Origin: Marsupella aquatica
Lineage: Eukaryota > Plantae > Marchantiophyta
DNA length: 64,000 nt
Assembly: GCA_973895155.1 (NCBI GenBank)
Contig: OZ316899.1
Location: forward strand, 248,001 to 312,000
Direction of reading: 5' to 3'
Positions 24,771 through 37,571 of the stretch are shown here, in pieces; position 1 is the first letter of the stretch, and the number at the start of each line of letters is the position of its first letter. The notes below the pieces were generated by a model that saw only the letters and a program-made list of their open reading frames with translations, was not told the DNA's origin and made no database searches. A program made the translations under genes and the position numbers.

Positions 24771-25241
24771 ATTAAGAGATCATTACAATGAGAGTTGGGA
24801 GGTGATAAGAAGGGAGCGTCCTATCAATGGCCAAACTTCATTCAAATGGACAACAGATCTACCCCCAATAGCAAGGTTGGTTAATGTCCTAGTGCTAAAA
24901 AGGAAGTGGATGGAAGGAGTAAGGTTGCAGCCAATGGAAGAGGAATATGATTTGGACTTCTTCTTAAAGAAACACAAGATTCCAATTGCACGTGTTACAC
25001 CCGGTGAAGAACAGAGGTATGAGGAGGTTCTGAACAAATTACATTTGGTAGAAACACCCTGGACAGAGTCAGTTGATTGTTTGGAAAATTTGTTGAATAG
25101 ATACCAAGACATTGGTCAGTAAAGACTCCCTTATAATGAGGATGACGATGAAGCCTGGGATGATTAAAATAAGAAGGGAATCTGATCAAAACTCACCAAG
25201 CAACTCAATCCTGACCGAGCTCTACAGAAGCTTATTAAAAC

Positions 25242-25484
25242 ATGCCACCACGAAGGAGTTTGGGTTCCTTTAGAGCGCAAAACTTAAGGAATGCTTCAAA
25301 TCGCATTAGGGCACTCATCCGACGAGGTAGACGGGGAGTACACACGCTATCCATTACCTGGTGGGAAGCAGCAGATTTACATTTAGTAATTTTAACAATA
25401 AATGGACAGATTACAGGGGAACATTATGCGATTATTTCCATCCCTGAATTAGCTAGGGTGATAGCCAGGCAGGGGAGAAGGTGA
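25242..25484 (+). CDS. Small Arg-rich ORF (80 aa) between the accessory ORF and gag
   Basis: ATG start and intact frame (MPPRRSLGSFRAQNLRNASNRIRALIRRGRRG...). No homology recognised. Confidence 0.35.
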   Translation: MPPRRSLGSFRAQNLRNASNRIRALIRRGRRGVHTLSITWWEAADLHLVILTINGQITGEHYAIISIPELARVIARQGRR

Positions 25485-25743
25485 CGGAAGAAATCCGGCT
25501 CAGGAACCGAATCAGCCACCGGCTCAGGAACCGGCTCAGAAACCGGAGGCTGTGAGGTTTTTGGACAACCCCACTGACCGTTATGACTCTTCATCCACAT
25601 GACTCTTGAGTCAACCAACGTGACCATAGACAGGATGGGTCATGACTGTTCACCTAGGAAGAGGGGGGTGACCAAAGCCGCATACTAGGGGTTACATTGG
25701 AAAACAAAACACCAAAGGGAGTAAGTATCTAACACCATGAGGA

Positions 25744-28700
25744 ATGACTGATAGGAATAAACACATTTGGAAGAAGAGGGAAGGGTTACCGGACAAACCA
25801 TTAGACCCTCCAGAATTGCTTAACGAATTCCACTCACCAGAATTTCCAGCACCGGGGAATGTCACAAGTCGGGTGTCACTCTTACAACAACAAAAAGGAA
25901 GTGGCACACTAGAGAAGCCATCTGCTAGTAGACCATTGTTTGTTAACTTGCGCTCGGGACCTAAAGAGATAGTCCCCAGGAAACCAAGGAAGCCGCAAGG
26001 TAAAGCACTAAGGAGATCCACCAGCCTAGACGGAGATATATCCCTAGGGTCACCAGGATTTACGGCTTACGGCATCTCTAATGTGAAGAAGGACGTGGGA
26101 CACAACACAACTTCAACCAATGCTGACTCAGGGGGTTCGGAACCTGCGGATCATGACCAAGCTAGAGGCCATAACTCTGAAATATTAAGAGAAGACCAAA
26201 CAGTATCACCTCGTCTCTCTAATACGAGCCAACGGGAACCCTCTTTAGTAGGCTCTCTTGCACAGATCACACCTGAGTAATTCTTCGACTCACCTGAGCA
26301 ATTGGTGGGCGAAGGTTTTGAGCGATCAGAAGAGGAATCCACAAATCCCACTTCTGATTCAGGAGGATACACAAGTAGCCCAAACACCTCAGGATTGGAT
26401 AACTCCCCAAACCAAAACACGCAAGTGTCCCCTAACCTCTCAACTGGCACAACTGTATCACCTATCATAATACCTATCCCGCCACTTCTTCCATTTGCTT
26501 CAAGTAAAGTCACAACAATAGCAATCATGGCGAGTCATTCACGAGTCCGTTATGAAAACTTTCGTGGCAAGAAAGCAGATGCTGAAGTATGGATGGATGA
26601 TTTTGAAGCCGTGGCAACATCCAATGGGGATGATACCCCTGATCTAAAGGCAAAAGTATTTGGAGGTTTAATGAAGGGAGAAGCCCAAACTTGGTATTTG
26701 AGTCTGCCCGATAAGACAAATTGGCCAATTGTTCGAGCAGAGTTCCTCAAAACTTTCAGGGAAGAGGGAGCTACTTCTAGAGCTTTTACAAGATTAAGTT
26801 TTGTAAATATGAAGAAAGGCGATTCCTTAAGAACCTACTTACAAAAAGTCACCAAGCTGGCAAATAAAGTGACACCACCTCCGCCTGCAAACTTAATTAA
26901 GGAGTGGTTCATGCAAGGCTTGTATACAAAATTAAACACTTTTGTAAGACAAGGGGCTCCCGCAACCCTAGAGAGAGCATACGACTTAGCTCGGTCTTAT
27001 ATTGACTCTGAGATGTCACAAAGGAAACACTTGTTGAGAGAGTTACGGAAGGACAGTAAGTCGAAAAAGAAAAGGAGCAAGAAGAAATCTAAGAAGAAAA
27101 AGGCTGAATCCTCTACCTCAACAAGTGATACTTCCAGTTCAGAACAAGATAGTTCCACATCTCAATCCTATAGCGAGACCGACAGCTCATCAGATGAGGA
27201 ATCTTCCCCAAAAATTACAAGAAAGGGGAAAAAGGTTTCACAACCTAAAAGTGCAGAATTGAATAAAATGTCGGGACAAATGGCTAGTCTCCTTGAAGAA
27301 ATGAAGCACCTGAATGTTAATGCAGCTGCAACACGACCCCCAAGGAAACAATTGACACCTCAGAGGGCAAATGTATGGTGTACAATATGCCGGAAACCAG
27401 GACACTACCCACAAGAGTGTCCCTTACTCAAATCAGTAAATTATTTGACCAATGGGGAGTACCCTAATTATGAAGAAGGAGAAGACCCATTACTGCACCC
27501 ATATTACCCTGAGGCTAGCTACCAAGTCCAAATGGGACCTCCAGCAATTGCAGGGCCATCCCCTGTACAGTACTTTCCTAACCCTCCTCCAAGACCAGTT
27601 TCTAATTTTAATAAGCCAGTGTATAAACCGCCAATGGCACCACCTGGTGGTTACCCACCCAGGTCCCAATTGGTCAGAGGAGTATGTTGGAATTGTGGGG
27701 CAAAGGATCATTTCTCACCATCGTGCCCCTGGCCAAAACGAGATGTAGGATACGAACCAATTTGTGGAAATTGTGGAGGGAGTGGTCATCTTCCAATTGA
27801 ATGTCCCCAACCAAAGAAACCGAAGATGATGGTTCGTTATGTCAAGGACCCAGTCAAGGAACCAGCACCGCCTGAACCATCAGTTCACCTGGTCTATTAT
27901 GAAGAAGAGGATGATTCACCTTGCGGCCTAGTGGACAGCTATGAAGAAAATATTGTAGGGTGTGTAAGTGACATCCATAACCCAATATTGTCGAGAGGAG
28001 GACCTGCTGGGATTACATATGATAAGGACCATCGACACTTATTAAAAGAAGGAGAACTAGGCCAACCTAATTTGAAGATCAGAGAGAGAGATCGGATACT
28101 AAATGTCTTTGCTACGACTCATTCCAAGCAGAAGGCAAAAGAGGCAGATTCAATCGTCAGACCAAAATCAACATCCAAATCAGCGGAAAAGTCAACTCCA
28201 AAACGAGGGAAGGAATTGATTGAAGAGGAAAATGTATATGATCGACACGATCCTAAGTATTTTCTCCCCGACATCTCTGACGAAGTTAAGGAAATCCTCG
28301 CGAAAGAAATGGGTAAGGGAAAAACTGATACTCCCTTGGAACCAGGGAAAAAGGTAAGTTTCAAAGTCGATCCTCACCATGTGCATATTGATGGACGGAT
28401 GGATACTTATAATATAGTTGCAGATGTGAGTAATCTGAAAGCCAACATTACATTTGGAGAATTGCTCAAGTCCAATGCCCATTTTAGAAAACAAATGAAG
28501 ACATTGGTCACTTCGCGGAGGCGTCCATTTAAGTTACCAGAAGTGGAAGTTAATGGATGTTGGAAGGTGGAATCTACTGACCATGGCCCACCTGAAATAG
28601 AGATACAAATTTCAGGATGTGTGATCCCTAAGGTCCCTGTGGATGGAGGATCAAGTGTCAATATTATGACAGAACAGACCGCTGCTGATCTGGGATTTTT

Positions 28701-31700
28701 CAAATTTCAGCCCACATCTCGGATCCTACGAATGGCAGACCAATCCAGGGTGATTCCTGTAGGTTCGTTACTGAAAATTGATACCCTAATTGGAGGAAGA
28801 ATATTTTCATTAGATTACATCATAATTCGACCATCAACACCATCCACATTTCCTGTTTTGTTGGGACGACCTTGGTTGTACTTAGCACGCGTCAGAGTTA
28901 ATTGGCATGCAAAGCAATTCAGTTTTGGGTCTCCAAAAGTAACTTTGAGTTGGGAAGATGAGCGGCACTTTGGTGAGACAGAAGAAGATGATGGTTACAC
29001 CTCTAATTCTTCAAGTTCATCATCAGATGATGAAGAAGTCAACCAATCCCAATCCTCAAAACTGTCGAGAGATACTGATGCACATGTCAGATTTCTTGAT
29101 ATCTTCGAATTTGACGAACCAAGTGAAGCTTGTAGTTCAGATTTAGAGAGGTACGCTACTCCTAACCCTTCTATACAATCACCAGATTTAAATCAACCAG
29201 TTAATAAGTACCATCCGAAAAACACGGGGGATCCGGTTCCCCAACCGGCCCTTGAACCGGTTCCTCAACCGGTTACTGAACCTGTTTTTGAGCCGGGTCT
29301 TGAGCCGGCATGACTCCCGGTTCCCCATCCGTCTTTACCAAAACCTATCCGGAAAACTACCTTCCCGACTTCAAAATTGACCAAAACTTTTCCAGAAAGT
29401 GAGGATTCTAGGGGAGATCCTAGTAGTAAAATTGGAAGTATAAAAGACCCATCAAACCTAAACACTTGGGAAAAGGAGTCTTTGGGAATGACTGAAGGGA
29501 TAGTTGATCCCAAATCCTGCCAGAAGATTGAGATTGAGCCAGGGAAATTCCTCAATATCAATAAACATATTCAAGGAGAATTGAGGGAAAAATATATAGA
29601 TTTGCTGAAGCAATACCGAGATATATTCGCATGGAGTCACAAGGACATCAAAGGAATTCCCCCTTACCTTGGGCAACATCGAATTGACCTCATTGAAGGA
29701 TCAATTCCAATCCGGCAAAGACAATATCGGCTCAACCCTAAGTATTCCATGATGGTAAAAGAGGAAATTGATAAGTTGACGGAGGCTGGATTCATTTTTC
29801 CAGTCCTTAGCAGCGAATGGGTATCACCCATTGTTATTGTGCCTAAGAAGTCTGGACCAGATGGCAAAGTGAAGATTCGTGTGTGTCAAGATTATCGGAA
29901 ATTGAATTCTGCAACAAGGAAAGATCATTATCCCTTACCATTCATTGACACTGTGCTTGATGCAATAGATGCTCATTCTCTTTATAGTTTCCTTGATGGA
30001 TACTCAGGGTATAACCAAGTTTCAGTACGAGAGGAGGATCGGGATAAAACAACGTTCACGACGGATTGGGGAACTTATGCATTTAATGTGATGCCTTTTG
30101 GGTTATGCAACGCCCCTGGAACATTTCAACGAATAATGATGATCATATTTCAAGAGTACCTCCACAGATTTATAGAAATTTTTATTGATGATTTCTGTGT
30201 TTATAGTTCAAACAAAATCCATTTAGAAAAGCTCGGATTGACTTTCCAAAAGTGTAGGGAATCACAGCTCTCTCTACACCCCGAGAAATGCTTTTTCGGC
30301 ATACGAGAGGGTATCTTGCTAGGGCATGTCATATCTAGCCGGGGAATTGAGGTTGATGCTGAGAAGGTCAAAGTTATCCTAAAACTACAACCTCCTTCTA
30401 ATCTAAGAGAGTTGAGGGGATTTCTAGGTTACGTAGGATACTACCGTCGATTTATTCGCCATTACGCTAACCTTGCCATGCCACTTACTCAACTGTTGAA
30501 AAAGGATGTTGATTATGAGTGGACAGCCTTGAGACAGAAGGCCTTTGAAGAACTCAAAGGCAGATTAACCCGAGCTCCTATTTTAGTTCCACCAAATTGG
30601 GAAAAGGAATTTCACGTTTACATTGATGCTTCAGCTTTCTGTATTGGAGCTGTCCTAAGCCAGCAAGATGATGATCAGAAGGATCACCCCATTTATTTTG
30701 CAAGTCGACAAATGAATGCCGCAGAGAAGAATTATACGGTGACAGAGAGAGAAGCTTTATCGGTAATCTTCTCATGCAAGAAATTTCGCCACTACTTGTT
30801 GGGGTACAAAACCATTTTCCACACTGACCACTCTTCACTTAAGTACCTTGTTAACCAAGCAGATCTTTCAGGAAGGATTGCACGTTGGGTTTTGCTTCTA
30901 CAAGAATATGATTTTGAAGTCCGGGTAAGACCTGGGAAGCATCATGACAATGCTGATTTCCTCTCACGATTGGAAGGCGATGAATCTAGAGAGCCATTGA
31001 ATGATGATTTTCCAGATGAGACATTATGGCACATCGAGGGTGAAGAATCATGGTATGTAGACATTGTTCAATGCTAACTCAAGGAATGTTTCCCCCTAAC
31101 CTCAACCCCGAGCAACGTGCTATTTTCTTGCATAAGGTTGGACCTTATACCTTGAAGCAAGGAATCCTCTATAAACTTTCCCCGGATCAGAAACTTAAGC
31201 GTTGCTTGGAAGAACGAGAAGTCACGAAGGTTATTGCTGCCATGCACACGGAAGAAGCTGGAGGCCATTATGCAGTCAATGTTACAGTAAAGAAAATACG
31301 GGATGCCGGATATTGGTGGCCCACCATGCATCGAGATACACATCAATTTATCAAGTCATGTGATCCGTGCCAACGCATGGGTAAACCCACCTCTACTTCT
31401 CATTGGCCTTTAACTCCCATCTTACCTTTAGCTCCTTTTGAAAAATGGGGAATTGATTTTATAGGGCCTATTCAACCTGCAGCTGCTCACACTCGTAACC
31501 GATACATCATCCTAGCTACGGATTACACTACTAAATGGGTAGAAGCACGAGCCACCAAGCGAAATGATGCTGCCACTGCTGCTAAATTCTTATTTGAAGA
31601 CATAATTACACGGTTTGGGTGCCCATTAGAACTAGTCAGTGACAGAGGCTTACATTTTCTAAATAATATGATCGCACATATCACTGACAAGTATCTTATT

Positions 31701-32336
31701 AAGCATAGAAAGACTACCCCCTATAACCCCAAAGCAAATGGCTTAACTGAGAAGGCTAATGGATTAATGGAGAGAATTTTAATTAAGGTAGTTTCTGCAC
31801 ATAAGTCGGATTGGGATCAGAAATTACACTCTGCTCTATGGGCCTACCGCAACGCATAAAAGATTACAACGCGTCGAACTCCATTTTATTTAGTCTATGG
31901 CTTGGACAGTATAGTACCCATTGAATTCGAGGTACCCACTTACCAAGTGGCCAATCCTCAACGACTCGATGTTGAACAAAGTCAAATATTAAGATTGGAA
32001 AGTTTGGACAAGCTCGAGGAAGATCGACACTTCTCCTTGGTTGAAACAGAGAAGCAACAGAGAATCAGGAGCCAAAGATTTGATAAAAAATTGAAAAAGG
32101 TGGAAATACAGGCAAATGATTATGTGTTATTATATGATAACCGGTACATAATATTTCCTGGGAAATTACACACAAGGTGGCTTGGACCTTATAAGGTGCG
32201 GAAAATTTTCCCTAATGGATCCTTAATCTTGGAAGATTTACAAGGTGAGGAATTACCTACCCGAGTAAATGGGTCTCGAGTCAAGAAATATCATCTTCCT
32301 TATTCAGCCGGTTTGCGAGGGCGCGGCACCGTTTGA
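25744..32336 (+). pseudogene. Disrupted gypsy gag-pol polyprotein
   Basis: Retrotrans-gag-like core (WMDDFE...GEAQTWY) and three CX2CX4HX4C knuckles. Protease VDGGSSVNIM. RT (CQDYRKLN, LDGYSGYNQ, FIDD). RNase H (DASAFCIGAVL, TERE, TDH). Integrase (H-H-C-C, GIDFIGP, SDRG, NGLTE). In-frame stops at 26278, 29311 and 31857 and an apparent 1-nt frameshift near 31072. The frame may extend 5' to the ATG at 25642 across two more TGA codons. Confidence 0.95.
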
Positions 32337-32344
32337 GGAGGGGG
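32335..32344 (+). promoter_or_regulatory. Polypurine tract of gypsy element
   Basis: GAGGAGGGGG ends 3 nt before the TG of the 3' LTR. Confidence 0.85.
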
Positions 32345-32347
32345 TTA

Positions 32348-34682
32348 TGTGATAACATGGTTAAGAAGAAAGGAATAAAGAAAGTGGAAAAATTAAATTT
32401 GTTTTGCCTTTGAAGCGGGAAAGAAGAACCTTAAATGCTAAGAAAACCATTATTGAAAGTCTAACAACCATTCAAGAGATTAAGAGAAGGAAAAGAGGCT
32501 CAACCGGAAGAAAGTATTTCTTGGTAAAAAGAAGGAAACCGGACCACGAACCGGAAGCCATAAAATCGTCTCCAAACGCTATCAAGAACATCTGACACCA
32601 GGTTCTTGAAGCCGAGGCTACGCTCTTCGTCCTGGGGAAAACCCATAAGCATTGGACTCCTGACAGTGAGCCGGAATCCCTCTTAAGGCCGAACCGGTTC
32701 TTCTCTTCTCACACCTCTCAAAGCTGAACATAGTAAGTTTTGAGCTCCCGAGTGAATAGGCTTGTCGAAGTAGTAGAGAAAGGAGGCTCTTCCCTTCCGG
32801 TTGAGGATCTTGGGTCCGGATTATAGGACCATTCTAGTTTCTGTGAGAGAAAGGTATAAGAGAGCCTTGACCGACTCGTGTGAGGTGGCAGCCTACTCCT
32901 ACGCTTGGAGGGAAGGCTGGGGATGTGGAGATTGGCGCTAAGGCCCCCTGTTTTGATAGTTGTCTACTTCCGGGGCTTGAGCCGGTTTCTGAATCGGAAC
33001 TGAACCGGTGGCAAACCGGTTTCTGATATATCTCGCTTGTTGGACGTTCGTTTTCGCTGAAAGTGTGCTGAGATGGAGAAGGTTGGATGATGTACGCGAC
33101 GGAGTAATTATAGAGGCTATATTCACTTCTAGCTCCTACCTTCTGCCTTCACCGGTTAAAATCTGTTTGCTACTCCAACTATTCAGGCAGTACTTCATTG
33201 ATGTTCCCAATCCCCTTCTCATGCCCTTAGTCATCCAGATTGCACATGACTATGGTGACAAGGTGGAAGAATGTCTCTTTGCCCTCAAGCTTATCCTTGC
33301 TGAACTGAAGAAATTCTATGACCTTTCTGATGAGGAGCAGACTCAATTTGCAGAGAAAGTCACTGTTCCATCTCCACAGGTGACACCAGCAGAAGGATGG
33401 GCTGACTCTCCTGACCTTGATATCACTTCTACCACAGTTACACCCAATTTTCCACCCATTCCGACCTCACCATTTACTACTACCTTTGGAGGTGTCACTT
33501 TCATGCCGAACCCTCTCAACTCCATTGATCCAGTAGTAGACTCCACATCGGTGAAGCCTGACACTTCAACTCCCGAAGAGTAAAAAGTTACTCCATCCAG
33601 AAGTTGAACCGGCTTCCCATCCGGTTTCCCACCCGGTTTTTGATCTGGTTTCGTGTTTGAAGCCCTATAAAACTTAGTATAGGAAGAATTAGACTTTGAA
33701 TTTTTGCTGAGAGCTTTATCTCATAGTCTAGTTTCAGACCTTAGCATTACTTTTTACTTTTACACTCAAGTTAGGAATTGAAGGGGCATACCTCTTCAAC
33801 TTTTGTTTAGAGGAGACTTGTCCCTAAGTATAAGAGGGAAAGTTTCCACCATTTTACTCAGACTTACATTTCACTTTTGAAAGTCTCCTTCTTTGAAGAG
33901 AAGTAATAGATTCATAATTTTGGTGATCTATGCTTTGTGTTTGGACATTAGTGTGTGACCATTCTTGCTAGAAAATCTATGGAAAGTGACTAGCAATGTC
34001 ATAGTTAACCTTTAGTCTGACTGGAAATGCATGCCTGAGACCATGCAAAGGTCTAAAGATTCATGTTGACTATGGAATACTTATGGCTTATTAAGTATTA
34101 GTGGAAGAAGCACCATACGAGAACTCACAAATTGCATAGTCCTAAAAGAGCAATCTGAAGGATTGAATAGAAGAATAAGTTAGTTCGGAGTGATGAGTAC
34201 CACCTTTGCCTTGACATAGGTCAGAAAGTTAATACAGGCTATCTTATATACATCTTTTACAAATTCTTAGATGTTTGGTTTTAAGGATTAGCTTTAGGCA
34301 TCAGCCTAATTTAGTCAGACTCTCTGTTGACTCTTAATCGTGCCTAACTTAGTCATAGATTGCTAAGTGGCGAGAGGAGATGAGACATTTAAGGCTCGCC
34401 TAATCCTCTCTTTACGCCTCCGGCTTTTGGTTGTTTTATTATAGTTTTAGAATTAATTATTGCACTGTTGATGATGCAAACATCACAATACCTGAGGATG
34501 TATTAAAAACTCCTTCCACCTGACCTAAGCATGTCGGTAAAGGCTTAAAATCTGAGATAGGTTAGCTTAACTATCTCAAAGTATATTAATACAATCTTTT
34601 AGGTCTCACAAGCTCTTAATGGGAACGAATTCTGGTTGTTTAAGAGGAAAGTAGTTCATATTTCCTTAAACCCTACTCTACA
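32348..34682 (+). repeat. 3' LTR of gypsy element (2335 bp)
   Basis: Near-identical to 14563-16897. Preceded by the PPT and followed by the TSD GGCGA. Confidence 0.97.
33008..33583 (+). CDS. Second copy of the LTR-embedded ORF (3' LTR)
   Basis: Differs from 15223-15798 by three amino-acid changes in the ORF track (Y/H, S/F, P/L). Confidence 0.5.
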   Translation: MANRFLIYLACWTFVFAESVLRWRRLDDVRDGVIIEAIFTSSSYLLPSPVKICLLLQLFRQYFIDVPNPLLMPLVIQIAHDYGDKVEECLFALKLILAELKKFYDLSDEEQTQFAEKVTVPSPQVTPAEGWADSPDLDITSTTVTPNFPPIPTSPFTTTFGGVTFMPNPLNSIDPVVDSTSVKPDTSTPEE

Positions 34683-37571
34683 GGCGATCGAGGGTCCTTT
34701 GGCATTATACTAAGTAACACCGATGCCACATATATGTGGGCATCCCTAACACACTGCCGTATTTCATCAAGGAACGGCGGGACGGTCCAAATCGTGTCTA
34801 GCCTGGGCATGTGTACTCTAATCCCAGGATTGTGGTGCCATATCGATTAATACCCCAACCGTTGGTACACCTTTCTCGATTGTCATATATATGCCATGTA
34901 CTTATCACCGGACAGAACTTGGAACACATTAATAAAATCACGGGGAGGTGACCGTACGTACGGTCCACATACAGCAAGGCTAGCGAGCTGGGCCAAAATC
35001 ACTTCCCAGCACTCTAAAATTCTGTACACTAGCTTCTAACCATCTAACTACATTGTCGGCACGTCGAAGTCACGACCTAAAAAAAAAGCTCTCAATCTTC
35101 TTCCCACACGTAATTTTCTGCGTCCTCCGGATTGAAGGGGAACTCGTCGGTTTGCGTGAGCTCTCCGATCCTTGGCAGGCTACAGCCAGCGGCAGGATCG
35201 ATCCCTTTTCAATTTGTCATAATACTCCCAAGCTTCATGTCTAATTAGCATGGGGAGGACTGGTAGATGTACAAAACTCATCCACCCACTACTGGATACT
35301 GCGATATATGTGGGTGGTGTAAAAATGAAAGGACTGAAGACCACGCACATGTTGTGCCGCAATGTCGTTAGTTGCGTTCCACTCTACTGCTTAAATAATT
35401 AAAAAGAGGTTGATCATTTGGGGCAGCGTACGTACTTCCCACGGACTTTTCATTTTCCCCAATTCAACTTTCCAACACAAGGGGTACCACTAGACCGGAT
35501 TATTTTCCTATGGAGTCTGGGGCTATTATATTGAACTTTTGAATGATTGTGCCTCCTCGAAACGTCGATCCGCGTACCGATGATCTCCATGTACTAGAAT
35601 TGTCAGGTATAATTGAGGGTTGGCAGGGTGTTCTATCTCTAATTCCAATTAATAATACACGGAAATTGCGTGAGTCCGGTACTTGCCTTTGGGTACTCGA
35701 TATTTTGGATTGTAAGGGGTATTACATACATAATCCGGTCAAGGTTTCCTGGTCGAATGGCGCGTTTATTGTTAATTCTTGCACCCGACGGAATGATGTG
35801 CAGGGTCTCTAGCCCCATTGCCTCATCCGCTTCAATTGATCATCGTCAGAACGCCCACCCGCTGGACTGATCGAAGAAGCCCTTTCGGGAATAGAATGCT
35901 CACCAGTTGGACTTTCTTCGCTTATGTTGATCGGGTCTTCCAGTGCTTGTGCTAGTATATTGGCTGCAGTGGCAGCCTCCGCCCTTAGTACTTGGAATAT
36001 CCCAAGCTTTGTACCGAACATATTAATTTAATGTTATTGTTGGACCAGTTTGTTCCCAGCTATGTACTTCCCTCAATCACTTCTCCATTTCTTTATCTCT
36101 CCTCTATGCACTCTCCGCGAGCGCGGCAATTAAGTGTAAGCACTCTTCTCCTCCAGCTGCTGCCGGAGTCCTTTGCACTGAACTTCATCCCGATGGAACT
36201 TTTGTTCGTACACCAACATCTCCATCCTTGCCGTGCTCTCCATGGAACCTTTGTTCCTATACTCCCATGGCGGCTGCAAACGTCCCCTTTCTCCGTCGCA
36301 GCTAGCAGAATGGCAATCATCTCTCGCTGGTGCTGGACTGGTAAGTGACCTTATTGGCATAGTCGACGCTACAAACGCTTTAATCATTCTTTTGTCGGTG
36401 GATGGCGTGGGTGATTATAAACACCGGCATGGCAAAGTTGCTCTGCTTGGTTGCATTGCCTGGCCGAGTGGATAAGCTGCTTCTCACCATGAGTGCACCG
36501 GTGGCATTTCAGTGCACCGTGCTCTTCGGACTGAAAACACCAAACAAACAAAAAACTGCATTTTGCGACTATTTGGATCAGTCCTTAAAGTACCGGACGG
36601 TCAGCACAAAACAGAGGCTCTACACGAGAGCCGCATATCCCGGGTCAAAATTGAATTTAGGGACAAAGTCCGCTTAGGTTTAAGGTGTATGGTTGCTGTT
36701 TTTCAGTTAGTGGACAGTTATGGGCTATTTCTGCCCCTTCAGAGTTGAGGGTGTCTGCACAAAGACTCTAGAGAGCCTGAAAACCGGGGGGTGTGTGGTG
36801 TTGAGCAGGGCATGGGTTCAGTTGGGCCGGAGCCAAAGAACGGATACCAGCAGGGTGAATGGTGCCATGGTATGATGCCATGAGAGTTTGCAACTGAGGC
36901 AGCTGCACTATCCGGGCTCCTTATCAGTTGACATTTTGAGGTTGGGGGCGAATGGACTTCCTTCTTTATTACTCTCCAACACCATGTCACCTTGGATGTT
37001 TGAGAGGGGGTGGTCCCCTCATATATACTACTTGAACCACAACCCATGCGTGTTTGAGTCCCTAAATCTGGTGGGAAGTACAACCAAGTCTGGGAGTCGG
37101 TCCCGGTCTCCATCGGTGCTGACTCTCATTACGGATGGGACCCCGGGGCCTATTTGCACCCCAATAACTCCGGGCCGTCTGGACCATCTCAGGAAGTCGG
37201 TTTGTAGGGTTTGGGGTCTGTGTACGGGGGGATGTCCCTGCTTCCCTCTCCCTTGTTGCTCCTTTGTCGTTGATCGTCTCTCCATCATGGCTCCTTTGTT
37301 GCGGATCGCGTCTCCATCGGTGCTGACTCAGTCTCCTTGGTCTCTCCCTTGGTTGCCTCTACCTCCTTCATAGGGGTCATGTGGGGCAGGTCACGGTCGC
37401 CAGCACAGCCGCACAGGGCTGCTGGGCGGGGTGACCTCTCCCATCCTAATAATAATATTTTATTATTAAAAGCCGCTCCCTCCCTCCTCATATATGTGTG
37501 GCGCCGTGGCGGGGAGGCGGGCTTGTTGCTCCCTCCCTTGTCGGTGGGAGGGAGCAACATTATTATTATTA

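Larger units (their letters stand above)
17488..25122 (+). pseudogene. Accessory ORF of unknown function 5' of gag (284 aa when reconstructed), interrupted by the copia insertion
   Basis: 17488-17995 joined to 24776-25122 (removing the copia plus one ATTAA) gives 855 nt of open frame, reading ...CRLIDQL-R-DHYNESWEVIRRERP...DIGQ*. Confidence 0.8.
14563..34682 (+). mobile_element. Full-length Ty3/gypsy LTR retrotransposon, non-chromovirus, Athila-like; about 13.3 kb after removing the nested copia
   Basis: TG...CA LTRs at 14563-16897 and 32348-34682. 5-bp TSD GGCGA at 14558-14562 and 34683-34687. PBS and PPT present. Domain order is gag-PR-RT-RH-INT. No chromodomain and no additional RNase H seen. 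Confidence 0.96.

Noticed and set aside
30900-31100. Additional (archaeal-type) RNase H of Tat/Ogre
   Set aside because: The RH-INT linker is short (DDFPDE...WYVDIV), as in Athila-like elements.
31902-32347. Chromodomain or env-like ORF after integrase
   Set aside because: Pol ends RVNGSRVKKYH... and the PPT follows at once, leaving no room for either.
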